Below are positions 54,321-64,000 of a DNA stretch of 64,000 nucleotides, one piece after another. A program made the translations under genes and the position numbers. The stretch lies in the NCBI GenBank assembly GCA_964291215.2, contig OZ219791.1, forward strand, positions 1,216,001 through 1,280,000. The letters run 5' to 3'. The notes beneath the pieces are model-generated. The model made no database searches. It saw only the letters and a program-made list of their open reading frames with translations, and was not told the DNA's origin. Source of the DNA: Alphaproteobacteria bacterium (GTDB lineage: Bacteria; Pseudomonadota; Alphaproteobacteria; MPNO01; UBA830). The first letter of the stretch is position 1; the number at the start of each line of letters is the position of its first letter.

Positions 54321-55339
54321 GGCCGCTGATAGCGGATCAGCCCGTCCGTGCTTCTCCGGCGGTGAAGCCGGCCGGCGCTGACCAGGCGGTTGAGGTGGGC
54401 AAGCGTCTCGCCGATCGCGAAGCTGTAATCGTCGGGGGCGATGTCACGGTCGAACAGGAACGGAATGACCTCGTCGGCCGTCCGCGGTTCGGCGCAGACC
54501 GCAAGCGCGGTCTCGAGCCGCGCCTCGTGATGGTCGCGCAGTTCCGCGATGCGGCCATGAATGCCGTGAAAGGGATAGCCGTGAGACGGCAGCACCAGCG
54601 TCCGGTCCGAGATGGCGCCGAACTTGGCGAAGCTCTCCAGATAGTCGCCGAGCGGATCGCCCTCCGGCTCGGTGTACCAGAGGCTGATGTTCGACGTGAT
54701 CCGGGGCAATATCTGGTCGCCGGAGATCAGGATGTCGAGTCCGGCGCACCACAGCGACGCGTGTTCGTGGGTGTGGCCGCCGGCAGTGATGACGCGCCAG
54801 GAATGATCGCCGATCAGGATGTCTTCGCCGTCCCTGATCCGCCGGACGGTCTGCGGAATGCTGTGCCAGGGCTCGTCGAGGCGGTTGAGGAAGGTCCTGA
54901 AACCGTCCGTCTTCTGCGCCGATGCGCCGTTTTCGACGAAAAACTCGTCCCAGCGCTCGAAGTCATGGGTGAGCTGGCGTGACCGCGCAAGGTGGGCTTG
55001 GAGCCATTCCGAATAGGTCATCCACAGCGACGCCCCGAACTCGGCTGCAAACCAGCCCGCCAGCCCCATGTGATCGGGATGGAAATGGGAGCAGATCACG
55101 CGCGCCGCCGCGCCGCCGCCGGCAATTTCGCCCAGCACCCGCTTCCAGATGCCGCGGGTTGCGGCGCTGTTGTAGCCGGCGTCGATGACCGTCCAGCCGT
55201 CGCCGTCGGCGAGCAGCCACAGGTTGATGTGGTCGAGCGCGAACGGTAGCGGCATGCGGATCCAGTGGACGCCGTCGACGACCTCGAGTGTCTGGCCGTC
55301 TTCCAGCCGGGGGAACGGGTAGTCGGGTTGGTAGGCCAT
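54317..55339 (-). CDS. MBL-fold metallo-hydrolase
   Basis: PLPFALDHIN, SHFHPDHMG, GGHTHEH, SGDQILP and LPSHG. Confidence 0.92.
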   Translation of the reverse strand: MAYQPDYPFPRLEDGQTLEVVDGVHWIRMPLPFALDHINLWLLADGDGWTVIDAGYNSAATRGIWKRVLGEIAGGGAAARVICSHFHPDHMGLAGWFAAEFGASLWMTYSEWLQAHLARSRQLTHDFERWDEFFVENGASAQKTDGFRTFLNRLDEPWHSIPQTVRRIRDGEDILIGDHSWRVITAGGHTHEHASLWCAGLDILISGDQILPRITSNISLWYTEPEGDPLGDYLESFAKFGAISDRTLVLPSHGYPFHGIHGRIAELRDHHEARLETALAVCAEPRTADEVIPFLFDRDIAPDDYSFAIGETLAHLNRLVSAGRLHRRRSTDGLIRYQRP

Positions 55340-55346
55340 GCTCCGG

Positions 55347-56186
55347 TCAGTCTCGCGGGGCGCCGGACACTGCCGTCGCTCCAGATTCGCCACAATTCGG
55401 AATGAGAAACTCGCGTATGCGCTTGATGATGTGTACAGCATCTTCGAGATGCGGGAAATGTCCGAGCCCGTCGATGAGGTCGATCTCGGCATGCCCCACC
55501 GCCGCCGCGATGCTCTCGAGCTGGCTCGGAAGCCCGTAGGCGTCCTCGGTTCCCTGGATGGCGAGAAGCGGCACCCTGATCGACGAGATCTCGTCTCCGA
55601 TGTCCCAGTCGTCATAGAGCGTGCGCTGCCACGTCTTCGCCCAGAGCAGAATCAGGTGCCGTGCGCGGTCGCCGTGGAACCGCGGCATCCAGTCGGGAAT
55701 GTCGCCGTCCTCGGCCATCTTCTGGTGGCGCAGCACCTGTCCGAGGGTCAAGCTGTCGCGCCGGACATGGGCGGCGAGGGTCACGATCGCACGCACCCGC
55801 CCGTGATGCCGCGCGCCGTGCAGCAGCGCCACCGTGCCGCCGTCGGAATGGCCGACGAGGCAGCAATCGGCGATTCCGGCGGCGTCGAGGACGCTTTCGA
55901 GCCGGTCCGCCTCGGCGCCCATGAAGTCGTCGGGGAAGTCGCCGACCTCGTCCGAGCGTCCATAGCCGAGCCGGTCATAGGCGAAGGCGGGAAGGTCGAG
56001 GGCCGCGCTGAGGCGCGCGGGAAATTTCCTGAGCGTCCCGATGCTGCCGAGCCCGTCATGAAGGAACACCAGGACCGGCCGCCGCCCGGCGCGCGGCCCG
56101 TGCCAGGCGCCGAAGATGCGGTGGCCGCCGACGTCGAGCCGGACGGTTTCCGGACTTTCGCTGGACGGGCTGGAAGTTGCGGGCAT
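55347..56186 (-). CDS. Alpha/beta hydrolase
   Basis: FLHDGLGS, GHSDGG nucleophile elbow and GHFPH. Confidence 0.92.
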   Translation of the reverse strand: MPATSSPSSESPETVRLDVGGHRIFGAWHGPRAGRRPVLVFLHDGLGSIGTLRKFPARLSAALDLPAFAYDRLGYGRSDEVGDFPDDFMGAEADRLESVLDAAGIADCCLVGHSDGGTVALLHGARHHGRVRAIVTLAAHVRRDSLTLGQVLRHQKMAEDGDIPDWMPRFHGDRARHLILLWAKTWQRTLYDDWDIGDEISSIRVPLLAIQGTEDAYGLPSQLESIAAAVGHAEIDLIDGLGHFPHLEDAVHIIKRIREFLIPNCGESGATAVSGAPRD

Positions 56187-56207
56187 TGGCAGGCTTGGCT
56201 GGCACGG

Positions 56208-57185
56208 TCAGCTGTAGCAGCCGGCCTCGCGGGCGCGCTGCCGGATCAGGGCAAGGACGGCGTCTATCGACGGGGTCTCGATACCGGTCATCCGCCCCAT
56301 TTCCTGGACCGCGGTCACCAGTGCGTCGATCTCCATCGGCCGCCCGCGCTCGAGATCCTGGAGCATCGATGTCTTGTGGGCGCCGACCTCGACCGCTCCC
56401 CTGATCCGGTGGTCGACATCGACCGAGAACCGGACGCCGAGGGCCTCACCGATGTTCTGCGCCTCGCGCATCATGCACCGCGCCACCTCGCGGGTGCCGG
56501 CGTCGGTACCGATGGTCTCGAGCGTGGCCCCGGTGAGTGCGCTGATCGGGTTGAAGGACAGGTTGCCCCACAGCTTGATCCAGATCTCGTTGCGGATCTG
56601 CGGCCGCACCGGCGCCTTGAAGCCGGCAGCGATCAGGAGCTCCGACAGCTGCCGGACGCGCGGCGTCCGCTCGCCGGACGGCTCGCCGAGCGAGAACCGG
56701 TTGCCCTCGACATGCCTGATTACCCCGGGCTCGATGACCTCGGCGGCCGGATAGACGACACAGCCGATCATGCGCTCGGGGCCGAGCCTGTCCCACAGCG
56801 CACCGTCGGGGTCGAGGCAGCTGATGCGGCAGTCGCGAAAGGCGCCGTCGAGGCCGTAGAAATACCACCACGGGACCCCGTTCACGCCCCACACCACCGC
56901 GGTTTGCTCATCGAAGAGCTCCGCGATCCGGTCCGCGACCGGCGGCACGGAGTGCGCCTTCAGGGTGACAAACACGTAGTCCTGCGGTCCGGCCTCCGCG
57001 GGATCCTCGAATGCCGAAACCGGCACCTGCTCGCGCTCCTCACCGGAGACCAGGACAAGGCCGCCCGCCTGCATGGCCTCGAGATGCGGCCCCCGCGCGA
57101 TCAGGGTTACCTTGGCGCCGTGGCGCGCCAGCCCGGCGCCGAGATAGCCGCCGATGGCGCCGGCGCCATAGATGCAGATGCGCAC
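56208..57185 (-). CDS. 2-dehydropantoate 2-reductase family protein (PanE2/oxalyl-CoA reductase-like)
   Basis: IYGAGAIGG, NGVPWWYF, KLWGNLSFNP and HKTSMLQDLE. Confidence 0.9.
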   Translation of the reverse strand: MRICIYGAGAIGGYLGAGLARHGAKVTLIARGPHLEAMQAGGLVLVSGEEREQVPVSAFEDPAEAGPQDYVFVTLKAHSVPPVADRIAELFDEQTAVVWGVNGVPWWYFYGLDGAFRDCRISCLDPDGALWDRLGPERMIGCVVYPAAEVIEPGVIRHVEGNRFSLGEPSGERTPRVRQLSELLIAAGFKAPVRPQIRNEIWIKLWGNLSFNPISALTGATLETIGTDAGTREVARCMMREAQNIGEALGVRFSVDVDHRIRGAVEVGAHKTSMLQDLERGRPMEIDALVTAVQEMGRMTGIETPSIDAVLALIRQRAREAGCYS

Positions 57186-57194
57186 CGGCCGCCC

Positions 57195-58719
<1,525 letters not shown>

Positions 58720-58727
<8 letters not shown>

Positions 58728-60900
58728 GCCCGGCCTCCGCCTTGGCTTCCTTTCGCCGACGGTGCAACACCGGTTCTGTATAGCCGTTTGGCTGTTCGGT
58801 ACCCCTGAAGACCAGATCGCAGGCGGCCCGGAAGGCGATGCTGGCGTCGAAGTCCGGCGCCATGTTCCGGTAGGCGGGGTCGCCGGCGTTCTGGCGGTCG
58901 ACCACGGCCGCCATGCGCTTGAGGGTCCGGCGCACCTCGTCCTCGCTGCACACGCCGTGGTGAAGCCAGTTGGCGATGTGCTGGCTGGAGATGCGCAGCG
59001 TCGCCCGGTCCTCCATCAGCCCGACATCGTTGATGTCCGGCACCTTGGAGCAGCCGATGCCCTGTTCGACCCACCGCACGACATAGCCGAGGATCCCCTG
59101 GGCGTTGTTCTCGAGTTCGCGGCGGATGTCGTCGGGCGACCAGTTCGGCCGGTCGGCGACCGGCAGCGTCAGTATGTCGTCGAGGCTGGCGCGCTTCCGC
59201 TTCACGAGTTCGTTCTGGCGTGCGAACACATCGACCTTGTGGTAATGGATGGCGTGGAGCGTCGCCGCCGTCGGCGACGGCACCCAGGCGGTGTTCGCGC
59301 CCGCCTCGGGGTGTCCGATCTTCTGGCTGAGCATGTCCGCCATCAGGTCCGGCATCGCCCACATGCCCTTGCCGATCTGGGCGCGGCCTTGCAGGCCGCA
59401 CTCCAGTCCGATATCGACGTTCCAGTCCTCGTAGGCGCGGATCCAGGCGGATGCCTTCATGTCGACCTTGCGAATCATCGGGCCGGCTCCCATGGATGTG
59501 TGCATCTCGTCGCCGGTGCGGTCGAGGAAGCCGGTATTGATGAAGGCGACGCGATTCCGGGCGGCGCGTATGCACTCCTTGAGATTGACCGTCGTGCGCC
59601 GTTCCTCGTCCATGATTCCCATCTTGAGGGTGTTGGGCTCGAGTCCGAGCCGTTCCTCGATGCGCCCGAACAGGTCGGTGGCGAACGCGACCTCTTCGGG
59701 ACCGTGCATCTTCGGCTTGACGATGTATATCGAGCCGGCCCGGGAATTGCGGCCGGCGGCAGGGCCCCGGATGTCGTGGCTGGCTATCAGCGAGGTGACG
59801 ACGCCGTCGAGGATGCCTTCCGGTATCTCGTTGCCGTCGCCGTCGAGCACGGCGTCGATGGTCATCAGGTGGCCGACATTGCGGATCAGCATGAGGCTGC
59901 GTCCGGGAAGCGTGATCTCACCGCCATCGGGCGCACGGTATACGCGGTCGGGCGCCAGTGTCCGGTTGACCGTCCTGCCGCCCTTCTCGAAGTTCTCCGC
60001 AAGATTGCCCTTCACCAGCCCCAGCCAGTTGCAGTAGGCCTGCACCTTGTCCTCGGCGTCCACCGTGGCCACCGAATCCTCGCAGTCCATGATCGTGGTC
60101 ACCGCGGCTTCCAGGGTTACGTCGGAGACGCCGGCGGCGTCGTCCGCTCCGACCGGGTGCTGGCGGTCGATGCGTATCTCGACATGGAGTTCGTTGTTGA
60201 CGAGCAGGATCGCGGACGGCTCCTCGGGCGTCCCCTGGTATCCGGCGAGCCGGCCGGGGTCGGCGAGGCCCGCCGATCCGCCGCCGGCGAGCGACACCGA
60301 CAGGGCGCCGCTGTCGAGGGAATAGCCGGTGGCGTCGCGGTGCGAACCGCCGGCGAGCGGCGCGGCCTCGTCCAGGAAGCCACGCGCGAACGCGATGACG
60401 TGCGCACCGCGCGCGGGATTGTAGGCGCTGCTGCGTTCAGCGCCGCCATCCTCGGGGATCACATCGGTGCCGTAGAGCGCGTCGTAGAGGCTGCCCCACC
60501 GCGCGTTCGCAGCGTTGAGGGCATAGCGGGCATTGGTTACCGGGACGACGAGTTGCGGCCCCGGGACCGCCGATATCTCGGCGTCGATGTTGGCGGTGCC
60601 GATGGTGAACGCGTCGCCTTCGGGGACAAGGTATCCGATGTCCACGAGAAACGCCTTGTATTCGTCCGGGTCGAACAGACCGCCCTTGCGTTCGCGGTGC
60701 CAGGCGTCGATCTGCTCTTGGAGGCGGTCGCGACGGGCCAGTAATTCCCGGTTCCGCGGGGCGAACTCCGCCAGGATGTCTTCGAACGAGGCCCAGAAAG
60801 CCTCCGGTTCGATGCCGGTCCCGGGCAGGGCCTCGGCATTGACGAAGTCGTAGAGCGCCCGGTCCACTCTCAGCGTTCCCGTTTCGATGCGTTCGATCAT
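58720..60900 (-). CDS. glcB: Malate synthase G
   Basis: [41 protein letters not shown] and [12 protein letters not shown]. Confidence 0.97.
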
Positions 60901-61143
60901 GGCGTGTTCCCTGTCGAAATGGGTCTTGTCCGCAACTCTGCTCGGACTGCAGAGTCGCAAGCCAGCCGTCGACGGCAGCGGCTCCGCGCTGCCTTCCGCG
61001 CTGTCGGCACCGGTTTCCGGCGAGCCCGGATCCGTTGCGCCGGATCCGGCGACAGCTTAGGCGATAGCCGGGCCGTTCACAACGCGCCGCGGCCTCCGGC
61101 GACGCGCGCGGACCGTACGTTCGGGGCTGCGACGGTAGCATGA

Positions 61144-62430
<1,287 letters not shown>

Positions 62431-63658
62431 GGATTCTCGCCAAAATAGATTGTTTTTTGATGTGGATCTGCTATCTAATGTGTCATGGAAGCGATAGTCG
62501 ATACGCTGCGATCCAAATTTGTGGTGTTGCGTCCGGTTCTGAACGAACGTGCGCGGCGCCTGTAGGCGGCGACGGAGGCCCGTGCCATCGGGCGCGGAGG
62601 CATTGCGCGAGTGGCTGAGGCGACGGGGATGTCGCGCAGCACCGTTCGCGCCGGGCTGAAGGAGCTTGATTCGGAATCTTCGAGTGAGATTCCTTCAGGA
62701 CGTTTGCGTCGCCCCGGCGGCGGGCGCAAGCGGGTGGCGGATGTGGATCCGGGTTTGGTGGCGGCGCTGGAGCGCGAGCTTGAACCGATGACGCGCGGCG
62801 ATCCGGAGAGTCCGCTGCGGTGTCACAGTGCCGCACGGCTGGCGGACCGTCTTGCGGTCGAGGGCCACCGCGTCAGCGAGCGCACGGTGAACCGGCTGCT
62901 CCACGATCTGGGGTACAGCCTCCAGGCCAATCGCAAGACGCTGGAAGGCCGCCAGCCCGGGATGCGCAGTTCCGACGCGCCGGGTGCGCGCGTTCCAGAG
63001 GCTGGGCCAGCCTGTGGTGACACGAAGAAGAAGGAAATCCAGTACCGCAATGGCGGCCGGGCCCCAAGGGCGACCCTGAAGCCGTCAACGTGCATGACTT
63101 CCCCAATCCAGAGCTCGGCAAGGCGATCCCCTACGGGGTCTACGATCTCACCGCCAACGCCGGCTGGGTCAGCGTCGGACACGACACGGCGGCGTTCGCG
63201 GTTGAGACCCTGCGCCGCTGGTGGCGGCAGATGGGCCGGCTGCTCTATCCCGATGCCAAGCGCCTGCTGATCACCGCCGACGGCTCCAACAACAGCCGCA
63301 ACCGGCTGTGGAAGCTGCAGCACCTCGCCGACGAACTCGGGTTGAAGGTGTCGGTGGCCCACTTCCCGCCCGGAACCAGCAAGTGGAACAAGATCGAGCA
63401 CCGGATGTTCTGCCATATCACCCAGAACTGGCGCGGCCGGCCCCTCGTCAGCTACCAGGTGATCGTCAAGCTGATCGCCGCGACCACCACCGGCCTCACC
63501 ATACGCTCGGACCTCGACGAGAACAGCTATCCGCTCGGGGTCAAGGTCAGCGACGATGAGATGGACGGCCTCGCCATCCGCAGAGACCCGTTCCACGGCG
63601 AGTGGAACTACACCCTCACGCCACGGACATAACGAACATATTATTTTGGCGAGAGTCC
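62431..63658 (+). mobile_element. ISAzo13-family insertion sequence (degraded), second copy
   Basis: IRs ggattctcgccaaaata / tattttggcgagagtcc; TSD TAA (62428..62430 and 63659..63661). Confidence 0.92.
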
Positions 63659-63720
63659 TAACCGCGGAGCCCGCCGAACCGCCGCCGCGGACGGCGTGAT
63701 GACGGAGCCTGAGGTTGTCG

Positions 63721-64000
63721 ATGACTGACCCGGCGCTGCTGTCGGCCACGCGTCTCGCGGGCCAGCTCTGCCGCCGCACCATCGGCTACCTGGAGCTATT
63801 TGAGCATTACCTGGACCGGGTCGAACGCTTCAATCCGGAACTGAACGCGATCATAGCGACCGACATCCCACGCGCACGCCGCCGCCCGCGCGCGGCGGAC
63901 CGGGCGCTTGCGAAGGGCGACGTGTGGGGGCCGCTGCACGGCCTTCCGATGACCGTGAAGGACTCCTTCGATGTCGCCGGGCTGCCCACAACATGGGGCG
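63721..64000 (+). CDS. Amidase, N-terminal part (runs off window end)
   Basis: MTDPALLSATRLA...NPELNAII...GPLHGLPMTVKDSFDVAGLPTTWG. Confidence 0.88.
   Translation, partial: MTDPALLSATRLAGQLCRRTIGYLELFEHYLDRVERFNPELNAIIATDIPRARRRPRAADRALAKGDVWGPLHGLPMTVKDSFDVAGLPTTWG

Overview
This is a GC-rich window, most likely from an alphaproteobacterium (inferred from gene content such as Coq7, the ppk1-ppx arrangement and glcB). Two kinds of DNA alternate. The first is intact genes: Fic, an AbiE toxin-antitoxin pair, oligopeptide ABC ATPases, a TbpB-like surface lipoprotein, an NMT1-type binding protein, hpf, ppk2/ppk1/ppx, tRNA-Leu(CAA), DedA-DsbB-Coq7, a P450/monooxygenase cluster, a molybdopterin oxidoreductase, a vWA plus J-domain pair, a glcB/acyl-CoA ligase/PanE-like operon, a thiolase and a partial amidase. 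The second is dense nests of dead insertion sequences (IS30, IS66, IS630, IS256, IS4-DUF4338, ISAzo13, IS1634, IS110, ISKra4 and a MITE). The most striking signal is how these elements died. The multicopy IS are riddled with very short deletions, often 5-7 nt, mostly between 1-6 nt microhomologies. Some deletions are shared between copies and some are private, while terminal repeats and target duplications are often intact. Neighbouring genes show no such lesions, and the pseudogenes present once in this window decay by substitution instead. One IS30 has collapsed to a 24-bp scar inside the ribosome binding site of the lipoprotein gene. This suggests a repeat-directed micro-deletion process, but assembly artefact must be excluded. 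All product calls come from motif recognition by eye; no database searches were run.
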